The position numbers and the translations under genes were made by a program. From Octopus sinensis (lineage: Eukaryota): DNA of 64,000 bases. The notes under the pieces were generated by a model. It saw only the letters and a program-made list of their open reading frames with translations, ran no database searches and was not told the DNA's origin. The number at the start of each line of letters is the position of its first letter. Within the stretch, counting starts at the first letter, position 1. Location: assembly GCF_006345805.1 (NCBI RefSeq), contig NC_043016.1, positions 25,668,001-25,732,000 on the forward strand. Reading direction: 5' to 3'. Positions 51,908-63,829 of the stretch are shown one piece after another.

Positions 51908-52127
51908 TAAGTAGCATGCTGGCAAAATCGTCAGCACATTAGACAAAATATTTAGTGACATTTCGTCCATCTTTGCTTTTTGAGTTCAAATACTGCTGCA
52001 GTTCACTTTGTCTTTCATTCTTTCTGGGTCAATAAAATAAGTACCATCCGAGTACTGGGTCGTTGTAGTCGACTAGATCCACCCCAACCGCACCGAAATT
52101 TCAAGCTTTATGCCTTTAGTAGAAAGG

Positions 52128-52130
<3 letters not shown>
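51908..52130 (+). mobile_element. SINE B between (ATT)n tracts
   Basis: Diverged head and domain; tail GCCTTTAGTAGAAAGG(ATT)n. Confidence 0.75.
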
Positions 52131-52184
<54 letters not shown>

Positions 52185-52255
52185 AATAATAATAATAATA
52201 ATAATAGTAATGTTGTTGGTGTTATTTTACTTGCTTTCTTCTCTCACCTGTAAAG

Positions 52256-52283
52256 AAATAAGAATAAACTCAGTCCAGCTAAG
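52256..52283 (+). CDS. candidate 28-nt microexon (NKNKLSPAK, phase 2 to 0)
   Basis: First AG after a ~48-nt AG-free pyrimidine-rich tract; strong AAG|gtgagg donor; in phase with 42944-42986. Confidence 0.45.
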
Positions 52284-53104
52284 GTGAGGGGTTGCCGGAA
52301 TAAAATTATTACACCTGTACATGTATTTATTTATCTATTTGTTTGAATGACATAAATAACTTTGTGACGAAGGGGTGGGGGACAAAAAAGAAACCACGAT
52401 AGAAGATTTAACTTTTTCTCACAGTGTGTAAGTGTGTGTGTATATGTACCTTCTTTGATACTATTGTACTGTTACTACTACTGCTACTACTACTACTACT
52501 ACTACTACTACAAACGTGTGCACTAGTATTATTACTATCACCAACACGACCACTGCCACTAATACTACTGGCACTACTACTCTTATTACTACCGCTGACA
52601 CCACTTATCACTACTACCACCACTACCACTTCACTGTCAGTTTTCTTACAGCTAGTATTTCAAATATATCATTTAGATAAATTTCAAAATTTCTCTTTAG
52701 AAAATTGATGTTATTGTTGTTATTTAGCCACAGGTACAATGATTAAAGCCATTATTCCCACCGACCATCCTGCCTATTTGTATATCTACACAATGTCCGG
52801 CATAATTTTTTTTTTTTTTCTTGTTTAAGATATCAGTTAAAAGTTCTTTTGCTTGGTATTTGTAAATAGCCTGCACTGCTTTAATGGTTTACTTTTGTTG
52901 TTTCATTGTTGTTGCTGTTGTTGTTGTTATATTGTGATTTCTATATTTCACTTGTGATGCTGGTACCTAGAAAGTTTCTTAGTTCTCAAGGATCTTGAGA
53001 GTAAATTTTGCTAAGTAAGCAATACTATAATACTGATGATCATCATGATCATGCTGATTTCTAACATAGACACATCATCATCATCATCATTGTTTCTTAA
53101 CATT

Positions 53105-53512
53105 AGGCGCAGGAGTGGCTGTGTGGTAAGTGGCTTGCTTACCAACCACATGGTTCCAGGTTCAGTCCCACTGCGTGGCACCTTGGGCAAGTGTCTTCTA
53201 CTATAGCCTCGGGCCGACCAAAGCCTTGTAAGTGGATTTGGTAGACAGAAACTGAAAGACCTGTCATATATATGTATATATATATATATATGTATGGCGT
53301 TGTTGTGTTCTGTGTTTGTCCCCCTAGCATTGCTTGACAACCGATGCTGGTGTGTTTACGTCCCCGTCACTTAGCGGTTCGGCAAAAGGGACCGATAGAA
53401 TAAGATACTGGGCTTACAAAGAATAAGTCCCAGGGTCGATTTGCTCGACTAAAGGCGGTTCTCCAGCATGGCCGCAGTCAAATGACTGAAACAAGTAAAG
53501 GAGAGTAAAGAG
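53105..53512 (+). mobile_element. SINE family A, full-length reference copy
   Basis: AGGCGCAGGAGTGGCTGTGTGGTAAG...GGTTCAGTCCC head, (TA)n, tail CTCCAGCATGGCCGCAGTCAAATGACTGAAACAAGTAAA(G)GAG. Confidence 0.93.
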
Positions 53513-53873
53513 TATGCAGGAGCATAAAACAATACATGTACAACAAACGTGCATTTATATAGACACCAGCATAATACACATACATCAATAAATACTGACA
53601 TAAACATATGTATAGACATCAACATGTACACATTTCAGACATACACACACACTTATAAATTCACACATACACACTCATCAAACTAATCACATATTTGTGT
53701 GTATTGCTATGAAAAAGTTAGTTTCAGATTTATATTTCAGATTCTCAGATTATTGCCATTTATGTTAGGTATTGACCAAGTTTGAGTGATATAAGCATTA
53801 ATATTCTTTGGTGAGTTTGTTTTATATATATATAATATAATATATAATATATATATATATATATAAATACATA

Positions 53874-54107
53874 TTTTCTTTATTACCCACAAGGGGCTAA
53901 GCACAGAGGGGACAAAACAAGGACAGACATAGGTATTAAGTCGATTACATCGACCCCAGTGGCGTAACTGGTACTTAATTTATCGACCCCGAAAGGATGA
54001 AAGGCAAAGTCGACCTCGGCGGAATTTGAACTCACAACGTAACGCAGACGAAATACCACTAAGCATTTCGCCCGGTGTGCTAACGTTTCTGCCAGCTCGC
54101 CACCTTA
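53874..54107 (-). mobile_element. SINE family B, young copy
   Basis: Near-identical to 19297-19517. Confidence 0.92.
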
Positions 54108-54427
54108 TGTATGCATAAATACAGTGTACATTTAAACACAAGAGATGACCATAATAGGACATCTGACTCACTAGAAAGAGCAGTTAAACTCCAGACCACT
54201 AATAGTTGTAGTTCTGAAAGGGAATGAGAAATAAAAACGTTTACCCTATCTTTCCTGGACTATGCATAGTTTCAGCAATCTTTTGTAAATAAAATAAAAT
54301 GATTTTCTTTTACAATTGGCATTGCCATTCTATGAATAATATATAGTCTATTGACTAATTTTTCTTCTCACTAGAGCACTGGTAGCAAAGAATTTTTCTA
54401 AAAAATTCGGTACCCTTAGATTTATTA

Positions 54428-54480
<53 letters not shown>

Positions 54481-55089
54481 TTCAGCTTATATTCTTCTGA
54501 GGTAATGATGCCTTCTGATGATTGATTAAATCTTTCACTAACTGTTTCTGTTGAAATACACTTCCTTTATTTCAATTAATTTGAAAATAATGAAGAATTG
54601 GGTAAAAATAACTTGAGTTGGTGTTTAGAGCATAAATTAACATGAAATTATGATGGAAGGTTTTGATTTGAATTACTTTGACTGTTTAGTTGCCATGTTT
54701 CTGTTGAAATACATAACTTTTGTTTCAACTAATTTCTGACTTTTAAACAGGAAGTTTGTATCATACAGCCGTATGCAGTTTTATGTGCATTGGTATTAAA
54801 AAGGTTAACCCCTTTAAAACACATGGTGTTTTGGTATGTGTAGCCAAAAAGACCAAAACGTTTTTACTATTGAGATTGAAATTGATGGGTGCATGTAGAA
54901 AGCAAAGGATAAAGTGCCTAAAACTACTTTATTAATATGCAAAACTATATATATATATATATATATTATGAAAGCTTACAAACAGTACAATACATCTATC
55001 ACAATAAGAAAATCTAAAACAGCACAATTCATGTTAGTAAATAAAATAATAAGCATAAATGTTTATGTAAAAAAACAAACAAAAAAATA

Positions 55090-55960
55090 TCTACTGAAAG
55101 ACAGTCTCTGATTGATATTACACATCAAGATCAACCATTCACAACATTTGTTTCATTGGGCCAATGGATCAGCCTCAAAATCCTTTCAGCTTGTATCACT
55201 TGGGCTGATCAATCAGCCTAGGTATCCTTTTAAGGAGGTTAAGGAAGTGATGAGCTCAGTTTTTTTTTTTTTTTCTATGCATGTGTTCACACATAAATCA
55301 ATCAGAACAGCTGCAGTTTACACTTTCAACAACAGATGGAATTCTTCAACTGAATATAATAACATAATATCATCTAAAACTATCAGTTATTACTTTTAAG
55401 TCAGGGGTTCTCAGCTGTTTTTTTTTTACCTATGGATCCCTCTGATTATTATTATTCTATTCTAGTGAACCTCTGTAGTCATTTGATGTTTAAAACTAGT
55501 TTTATAGAAACTTCCTTCAAAATTCCTATTTTGTTTTCACACTTTAACTTGTGTTGGTTGAACTATGTAAAACATTAGAGAAAGAAACCTAGCTGTTTCT
55601 TGCAATACATAGCAATGCATATATCTAAGACAAAATTTTTTCAGGGGCCCTTAAAATACTACTGTGGATTCCCAATTTACTATTTCATTCTGTGGACCCC
55701 TCAGAAATCTTATATGGACCCTGGTTGAGAACCGCTCCTTTAGGTGAATGTTTTGGACCATGGTAATTCTCATAGCATAAACTAATGCAGCCACAAAAAG
55801 TTAAGGTACCATAGTATCTCCTTGTAGTACTCCTGCAAGAATTTAAAAAATTGTCCATCTCACCTAAGAGTACTTAGGCCCTTGTTTCCTTGAGGAGAAT
55901 ATTGATGACATTTATGATTTTTTTCAAGGACACCATAAACTTCTAGAATTTGTATTAATC
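55090..55960 (-). pseudogene. decayed RTE-like RT core, split by a hAT MITE
   Basis: ILAGVLQGDTMVP*LFVAALVYAMR on one side of the MITE and DDIMLL on the other. Confidence 0.7.
55402..55737. mobile_element. hAT (Charlie/Buster-like) MITE
   Basis: TIRs CAGGGGTTCTCAGC / GTTGAGAACCGCTC; 8-bp flanks TTTTAAGT / CTTTAGGT with central TA; internal ATGGACCC repeats. Confidence 0.8.
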
Positions 55961-55989
55961 TTTTAGCATTGAGATTATTAAGGGTAAAG

Positions 55990-56287
55990 CCCATCCCACT
56001 GGAAAGTTACCCTCTGAGGCATAAGTCCAGACAGTTGTTTGTGGAAGACCAACTTACCTATATGCATACTAGCCTACTCTCTTTCCATACAACCAATGTT
56101 ATTCAAAGGAAAGGCAAAGGTCAATACAGCTTGACACCAGTGACATTGCAACTCATTTCTACACTTGAGTGACCTGAAGCAATGTAAAATAAATATCTTG
56201 CTGAAGAACACAACACATAGCCTAGTCCAGGAATCAAACTCACTACCTCATGACTGTGAGCCTGGTGCTCTAACCACTGCACCTTCC
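55990..56287 (-). mobile_element. CORE-type SINE C1, diverged
   Basis: Reverse complement of 56783-57090. Confidence 0.8.
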
Positions 56288-56782
56288 TGTCAAATATAAT
56301 GCTTATTTATTCACACTGTTTTGAGTTGATCATACATTATCTTGTAGCTTTGAGATTTTGATGATGCATTAGGCATGACTAGGTCAGTTTAAACACAAAA
56401 TAGGCAGAACATTTGGCCCTGATGTGGCCTATTCAAATGCTAAAGGGTTGAATTTTTTGTGATGAATCATGTTGAAGTCTGTTTTTAAAAAGTTTTTTTT
56501 TTTCTCAAGGTCTCTTGTTCTCTTAACAAGCTTCATAAAGAAAGTATGTATATTGTAGTGATTGATTTACCTGGAATTTATGTTGGTTTTCTTTTTTATT
56601 TTCATCTGAGTATTGGTTCTAAGAGAGGTCTGATTCTTTGCTGAAGCATCTTGTAAATTTTTGCAGTTAGCAATTGTATTGGGGAAATAACTTGTGTACA
56701 AATTGATTTTTTTTTAACCCTTTTGACACTAGCCTGCTTAAAACAGCTCTTGTTTCTCATACAAAATCTTCTTGTTTTATAA

Positions 56783-57118
56783 GTGAAGGCACATGGCTCA
56801 GTGGTTAGAGCGTCGAGCTTACAATTGTGAGGTTGTGAGCTCGAATCCCGGATCGGGCTGCGTGTTGTGTTCTTGAGCAAAACACTTTATTTCATGTTGC
56901 TCCAATTCACTCAGCTGTAGAAATGAGTTGCAACATCACAGGTGCCAAGCTGTATCGGCCTTTGCCTTTCCCTTGGATAACATCAGTGGCTTGGAGAGGG
57001 GAGGCTGGTATGCATGGGCGACTGCTGGTCTTCCATAAACAACCTTGCCCAGACATGTGCCTTGGAGGGTAACTTTCTAGGTGCAATCTCATGGTCAGTC
57101 ATGACCAAAGGGGGTCTC
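56783..57118 (+). mobile_element. CORE-type SINE C1, full length (OR-like)
   Basis: A-box TGGCTCAGTGG, B-box-like GCTCGAATCCC, CORE-like GTGTTCTTGAGCAAAACACTT...CTCAGCTGTAGAAATGAG. Confidence 0.9.
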
Positions 57119-58047
57119 AGCAGTATATAGTGATCTAAATTAAAATCTTCCATCGAAATTTCATGATAATTTATGTTCTAAACATCAACTTCATAATGAC
57201 AATGTTATTTTACTAAAATCTTCATTATTTTCAAAATTAATTGAAACAGTAAGAGTGCAGTTTAACAGAAAAGGGATAATCCCAATTTATTTTTTGTGTT
57301 TGTTGCTGGAGACCACTTGTAAAGCAAAAACTCACAAAGCAGAGCAATGATTTCCCATGGTACTCTGTTGCTGTGTAGACACTTCAGAACCAGTGTTGCC
57401 ACACACACACACACACACAAAATGGTTGTTTAACCTTTTTATATTTATTATAAAATAAAACTTGTGAAACTGAGGTCTCCTAAAGCAGGTCCTCATAAAG
57501 TGAGGTATTATTGTATTTAATTTTGTTGAAAGAGTGTTAGTAAAAGAAAGGGATCCATAGTTATGGTAAGAATCTCAGAATGGTAATTTGGTTATTAATA
57601 GAAATGTGAAGGGGATGAGAGAAAATGATTAAAAATAGGAAGAAAAGAAAATACTTCAAGAGTTCAAGGAGTGGCAGACTGGAAGAATTATTTGGTTGAA
57701 GTATTTCTTACTTGAAGGTCAATTAGGGTCATTTAGTAGTGTATGGTGGTCAGTGAAAGTGGAATTTTTTTTTTTCTTTTTGTACATTCAAAAAAAGAGT
57801 GAGTATGTGAGTTGACAGAAATTTCTGTGATGGGGTTTATGTCAAGAGTAAAGAAGGTGGAGTGCATAGGATCAGTGTTGATGGTGGTGTATAGTCATGG
57901 CTTCATACACATGAACTATGTTAAGATTTCAGCCATGCAAACACACACTGGCACATTAACTTTATGGACACTGATGGTTTGGAATTTCTTATAATCCACA
58001 CTAATTTAAGAGCAGGAACTACAAATTCTCACATCTGCCAGACTTGC

Positions 58048-58445
58048 TCTTTTACTTGTTTCAGTCATCTGACTGTGGCCATACTGCAGCACCACCTTTA
58101 GTCGAGCAAATCAACCCCACAACTTATTCTTTGTAAGCCTAGTACTTATTCTATTGGTGTCTTTTGCCGAACCGCTAAGTCACAGGGACCTAAACACACC
58201 AGCATCGGTTGTCAAGAGATGTTGCGGGGACAAACACAGACACACAAACATACACACACACACACATATATATATATACATATATACGACGTGCTTCTTT
58301 CAGTTTCCGTCTACCAAATCCACTCACAAGGCTTTGGTCGGCCTGAGGCTATAGTAGAAGACACTTGCCCAAGGTGCCACGCAGTGGGACTGAACCCGGA
58401 ACCATGTGGTTCGTAAGCAAACTATTTACCACACAGCCACTCCTA
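58048..58445 (-). mobile_element. SINE family A, full length
   Basis: Reverse complement of 53105-53512. Confidence 0.92.
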
Positions 58446-58821
58446 ACAGAGTTAATACTTTGCACATTACAGTATATCAATTTATTGGATGTAGCTCTGC
58501 ATCATTGACCAGTAGAAAGGATGTCCTCTTGGGGTTAAAAAATCGCAGTAGAGTCCATTTGAATGGACAGCAATGTTGAAGTGGCCATGAATATTACTTG
58601 TCAGTATATTAATACTATAGATTAAACTTCTATCATTTATACTAATGGACAAGTACAGCATCTTTAATATTCTGAGTTCAAATTTTGCTAAAGGCAACAT
58701 TGCCTTTCATCCCTTTCGGGGTTGATAAAATATAAATCTGTTGAGCCTTGGAGTTGATGTAATTGGCTTTCTCTTCGCTGAAATTGCTGGTCTTGTGCCG
58801 AAATTTGAAGCCAATATTTGT

Positions 58822-59048
58822 TTAATTCTTTAACATTCAAACCAGCTGTATTCAGCCCAAATATTCTATGAGTTTTATGTTGAAACCAACCAGATCAAGC
58901 CTCTCCCACCTACCCTACAATGTTATTTTAAAAGTAAACAACCATATTATTGAAATCCCAAAGTTATGAGATACACATGATTAATTCAAAGCAGTATGAA
59001 TGAGTAAACATTGCATTTGGCTGAGCAATCTGAATGTTAAAGGGTTAA
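58822..59048 (-). mobile_element. MITE M2, complete
   Basis: TTAA|TTCTTTAACATT ... AATGTTAAAGGG|TTAA. Confidence 0.75.
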
Positions 59049-59181
59049 TTTAGTGTGTATCTACCCCTAGTTCAGAAAAAATCAGGATTAGGATTAGGTT
59101 TTGAAAGCAAAGGTTGAAGAAAATTGATCCTGTACCTGTACTCACAGTTAAGAAATTATGTGTTTGTATGGAGACACGGAG

Positions 59182-59440
59182 TGGAGGTGCATGGCTTAGT
59201 GGTTAGGGTGTCAGCATCATGAGCGTAAGATGGTGGTTTCGATTCCTGGACCGGGCGACGCGCTGTGTTCTTGAGCAAAACACTTTATTTCATGTTGCTC
59301 CAGTCCACTCAGCTGGCAAAAATGAGTAACGCTGCGATGGACTGACGTCCCGTCCAGCTGGGGAACACATACGCCATAGAAACCGGGAAACTGGACCCAT
59401 GAGCCTGGCTAGGTTTTAAAAGGACGCATTTATTTATTAT
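59182..59440 (+). mobile_element. CORE-type SINE C2, full length
   Basis: A/B boxes, CORE block, CTGCGATGGACTGACGTCCCGTCCAG tail; TSD TATGGAGA(C/T)ACGGAG at 59167-59181 and 59441-59455. Confidence 0.92.
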
Positions 59441-59519
59441 TATGGAGATACGGAGGCAAACAGACTAACACATAATGGTACATATGCATAGATGTAAATA
59501 TACATAATTGCTTGTGTCA

Positions 59520-59830
59520 TAATCATCACCATTTAGCTTCTACTTTCCATACTGGCATGGGTCAAACAGTTTCAGTTTGATTTGGCATGGCTGAATGCCC
59601 TTCCTAACATCAACTACTCCAAGAGTGTAATCGGTGCTTTTAACTTACCACTGGCATCAGCCAGTACTATGATTTCACTTGGCTTAATGAGTCTCCTCAA
59701 GCACAGCATATCACCAAAGGTCTCAATCACTTGTCATCACTTCCATGAGACTAACGTTTGAAGATCACACTTCACCACTTCATCCAATATCTTCCTGGAT
59801 CTACCACTTCTACACATTCCCTCCACAGAG
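59520..59830 (-). mobile_element. decayed RTE 3' end
   Basis: Minus strand VEGMCRSGRSRKILDEVVKCDL plus tail. Confidence 0.8.
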
Positions 59831-60175
59831 TTCAGCACTACAAGCGCGCATGTGTAGGTATAGACATGTGCGCTTACGCGAATACTATGAACTTTTTTAC
59901 TCCCTCCCCTCACCTAGCGGTCATTCAAATAGCTCTTTTATCTTAATAACGGTCAATCACACAGTAATTTCCCTTTGTTTAATGGTCATTTTCATAGCAT
60001 TTTTTCCAATTGCCAGATAACTGAAGAGATGGCGGCATGGGTTTCCACCTCGGCATCCAAAACTTATGGCTACCAAATAATTGTCATATATTATATTTAC
60101 AGATAAATTCCTCTATTTACATAATATCGAGGTCTCTTTCATTCTTTTCTTGTCTTACCATTTCTATCAATATAT
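59831..60175 (+). mobile_element. Penelope-like family P1 copy with a damaged hammerhead (60016-60067)
   Basis: GATAA CTGAAGA GATG...CATC C AAAA; downstream sequence matches 4345-4450 in reverse. Confidence 0.6.
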
Positions 60176-60801
60176 TTAAATATATATATTTTTAGGAAGT
60201 TTATTGTTACACCTGGTTGGAGAGTGACCATTGGTTTTGCACCTATAAAGCTGTATAAGTGACTTGTAGGCTAAACACTTTATAGGTGTGTACCAATGGT
60301 CACTCTCTGACTGATCACAGCAATAACCTTCCTAAAACTATATATTACTGCTCTAAAGTTTTAGAATGTGCTTTTTTTTTTTTTTTTTTGGATATACAAA
60401 CTACTGATGATTATAAACACACACACACACACTCACTTATTTATAAACACACACACACACACATACACATGCACATGTATGAGTGCTTCCAATCAGTCTA
60501 TTAGTTATACTTGTGCACAATTATAACTCTATGTTGAATACATAGTAATATTATATAAAACGATTTGTTCATAATCTTATAGCATGAACCACACTTGTTT
60601 GGGCAAAATAAAGGAAGGTTCCACTAACCATCATTATTAGAGTAGAAGATATATTTCAGAGACTGAATTGTGTCAATTTATGAATGGTTTTGGCAGAGCT
60701 GGAGGGTTAGGTAAGTAGTAAGTGGAAGGTGTTGAAGTGAAGGAGCTAAGTAGGAAGCAAGCTAGTGAGAGAGAAGGGGAGAAAAAGATAGACAGAGAGG
60801 G

Positions 60802-60833
<32 letters not shown>

Positions 60834-61323
60834 CAAAATAGATAAAGGGAGAAAGAAGCTTATAAGAGAGTAAGATGTATGTCTGGAGTGAAGTTGAGAA
60901 AGAGTGGGAGGTGTGGTAGGAGTGTCATTGATAGCAAGGCTGGAGGACAGGGAGGAAAGACTATGATAAGGGAGAGAGAGGTGCTGGTGGTGGTGAGGAA
61001 TAAAGGGAGGTGATTTGGTAAAGTTGATGGATATGTGAAAGTGTATGTGTTGTGTTGTGTAGTGGGTAGAAGGTGGGGGTGTAAGCTTGTGAGAGAAAAG
61101 ATGTTTGGGGGTACAAGAGACCAGTATTTTGATACAAATGTAAACACCAATGATAATAATAGTAACAGGTGAAAAACAGAGGTTAGGATGATGACCTTTA
61201 GAAATGGTGTGTGTGTAAACACACATATAGTAAGTAGTATAGGTCCTAATAAAGTTGAAAATTGGTGTATTTCCAATGCAGTTATTAACACTATATATAT
61301 AAATTATATACACACACACACAT

Positions 61324-61363
<40 letters not shown>

Positions 61364-61770
61364 AATGTCAAGCAGTGAGACAGAACTGGAGACCTCAGTC
61401 ACATTCTTATCCCCCATTTCATTTCTGTTTCACTAACTGAGACTGACCAATGCCTTGTGGGTGAAATAATAAGTTGACAAAACTAAAAGATGATTCGTCC
61501 TTTTAAGCGTTTTAGTTCACATTTCATGTCCATGAAAACTTTTATATATATATATATAATTCCAAGAAAGTTAGGGGTTGTGGGTCCAACCTACTAAGGA
61601 ATAATATCTATCCAATATACTGTTGGTATAATTTAATATTTAGGATAAATGACATGTATGTATGTTATTATAATTATCATTTTAATAAATAAATAAGTTA
61701 ACATTTTACTGTCCTAATGTTGATGAATCAACTATTGTGCTTCTCCATTTTCTTATTTGCAATATATATA

Positions 61771-62195
61771 CTCTTTTACTTGTTTCAGTCATTTGACTGC
61801 GGCCATGCTGGAGCACCACCTTTCATCGTGCAACTCGACCCCGGGACTTATTCTTTTGTAAGCCCAGCACTTATTCTATCGGTCTCTTTTGCCGAACCGC
61901 TAAGTAACGGGGACATAAACACACCAGCATCGGTTGTCTAGCAATGCTAGGGTGACAAACACAGAAACACAAACACACACACGCATATATATATATATAT
62001 ATATATTATATACATATATACGACGGGCTTCTTTCAGTTTCCGTCTACCAAATCCACTCACAAGGCTTTGGTCGGCCCAAGGCTATAGTAGAAGACACTT
62101 GCCCAAGGTGCCACGCAGTGGGACTGAACCCGGAACCATGTGGTTGGTAAACAAGCTACTTACCACACACCACACAGCCACTCCTGCGCCTATAT
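61771..62195 (-). mobile_element. SINE family A, full length, young
   Basis: CpGs largely intact. Confidence 0.92.
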
Positions 62196-62622
62196 ATAAA
62201 CTACACTTATTTTTCCTGAAGAGATTTAACAATATACAGATTATTGCATCTTTTTAAGTTATAATTATTCATTATTCTCAAATATTGCTATATTGAAACA
62301 TACATATGTATGTGGCATATCTTTTTGCGGGATGGGTAATATTATTTGGGTTATTTTATTAGTTGAGGCGGTTCCTTTTATACTCTTATAGGTGTATTTT
62401 TTCGTCTTTTCCTTTGCATTACATTTCCAATTGTAATACAAACAAAACAAATCAAGCATCTTTTGAATTATTCTTCTCCATTTTCTTTTATTGACTTTAA
62501 TTTTATGATTTCTTTATACACATATATATTGATGATCTTCCTATCAATATATTTGGTAAAACAGTGGCATAGGGATTGTTTTTAACAATCCCTTACATGG
62601 ATATTGCTTTATCAAATTCTGA

Positions 62623-63045
62623 TTGTATGTATATATATATATATATTATATATATATATATTGTATGTATATATATTGTATGTATATATATTGTATGTAT
62701 ATATATTGTATGTATATATATGTATGTGTATATATTGTATGTGTATATATGTATATATATATTGTATGTATATATATTGTATGTGTATATATGTATATAT
62801 ATATATATTGTATGTATATATATATATATGTATATATATATATTGTATGTGTATATATGTATATATATATGTATTGTATGTGTATATATGTATATATATA
62901 TGTATTGTATGTGTATATATGTATATATATATATATATTGTATGTGTATATATGTATATATATATATGTATTGTATGTGTATATATGTATATATATATGT
63001 ATTGTATGTGTATATATGTATATATATATATTGTATGTATATATG
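62623..63045. repeat. compound (TA)/(TG) minisatellite
   Basis: Recurrent unit TATTGTATG(TG)TATATA(TGTATATATA..) of about 15-33 bp. Confidence 0.95.
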
Positions 63046-63046
63046 T

Positions 63047-63200
63047 CAGTGGCTGTGTGGTAAGTAGCTTGCTTACTAAGCACTTGGTTCCAGGTTCAGT
63101 CCCACTGCGTGGCACCTTGGGCAAGTATCTTCTACTATAGCCTCGGGCCGAGCAAAACCTTGTGAGTGGATTTGGTAGGCAGAAACTGAAAGAAGCCCAT
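63047..63200 (+). mobile_element. SINE A 5' half
   Basis: Head through GAAAGAAGCCC, then the foldback begins. Confidence 0.9.
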
Positions 63201-63282
63201 CAGCATGTGTATATATAAAAATTAACAGAATGAGATAAAAATCCAAGGCCCTGAAAGATTTTAGAACATTTATAAACAGAAG

Positions 63283-63330
63283 GTCTTACAACTGTTTCCA
63301 GGATATTTTATATATTCCTTCATCGGAGAC
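63283..63330 (-). ncRNA. minimal hammerhead motif, left-arm copy
   Basis: GUCU CCGAUGA A GGAAUAU-AUAAA-AUAUCCU G GAAA CAGUUG UA AGAC. Confidence 0.55.
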
Positions 63331-63368
63331 AGTGTGAGAAAATGGTTATGCAATAGTTTTCTCACACT

Positions 63369-63416
63369 GTCTCCGATGAAGGGATATATAAAATATCCTA
63401 GAAACAGCTGTAAGAC
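63369..63416 (+). ncRNA. minimal hammerhead motif (U4C), right-arm copy
   Basis: GUCU CCGAUGA A GGGAUAU-AUAAA-AUAUCCU A GAAA CAGCUG UA AGAC; palindromic stem III ACAGCUGU, GUA triplet. Confidence 0.6.
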
Positions 63417-63554
63417 CTATTTATAAATGTTCTAAAATCTTTCACAGCCTTGGATTTTTTATCTCATTCTGAAAATTTTTATATATTTTATAAAATTTGA
63501 TTTAATCCTAAATCTAATTTTTCCCTGTAAGTTTGGATATATTATATATCACTG

Positions 63555-63780
63555 TGTTGCTATCACATGTTGCTACACATCGCTTCGCATTGTTTTAGCC
63601 TTCAAATGAAGCCACCCCACGAGCAAGCCAACAGAAGAAAGAGTGAGAGAAAGTTGTGGTGAAAAAGTACAGCAGGGATCGCCACCATCCCCTGCTGGAA
63701 CCTCGTAGAACTTTGGGTGTTTTCACTCAATAAACACTCCCAACACTCGGTCTGGGAATCGAAACCACAATCCTATGACC
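63555..63780 (-). mobile_element. 5'-truncated tRNA-headed SINE of another family
   Basis: Minus strand GGTTTCGATTCCCAGACCG B-box followed by a CORE-like GTGTTTATTGAGTGAAAAACACC and an unrelated tail. Confidence 0.6.
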
Positions 63781-63788
63781 AATCTATT

Positions 63789-63829
<41 letters not shown>

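Larger units (their letters stand above)
63211..63486. repeat. long foldback (~130-bp arms, 14-nt spacer), inverted PLE pseudo-LTR architecture
   Basis: 63211-63342 is the near reverse complement of 63357-63486. Confidence 0.95.

Noticed and set aside
52235-52265. Minus-strand TTCTTTACAG|GTGAGA as a recursive splice site
   Set aside because: It is a single instance, better explained as the reverse of the + strand microexon acceptor region.
56783-56860. tRNA genes
   Set aside because: The A/B boxes belong to SINE heads; there is no full cloverleaf with an acceptor stem.
60640-61230. 185-aa and 143-aa minus-strand ORFs in a GA-rich block
   Set aside because: Low-complexity purine/pyrimidine skew with no recognisable motif; probably a decayed retroelement UTR.
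62576-63140. Five overlapping 145-178 aa ORFs
   Set aside because: They are translations of a stop-poor (TA)/(TG) minisatellite.
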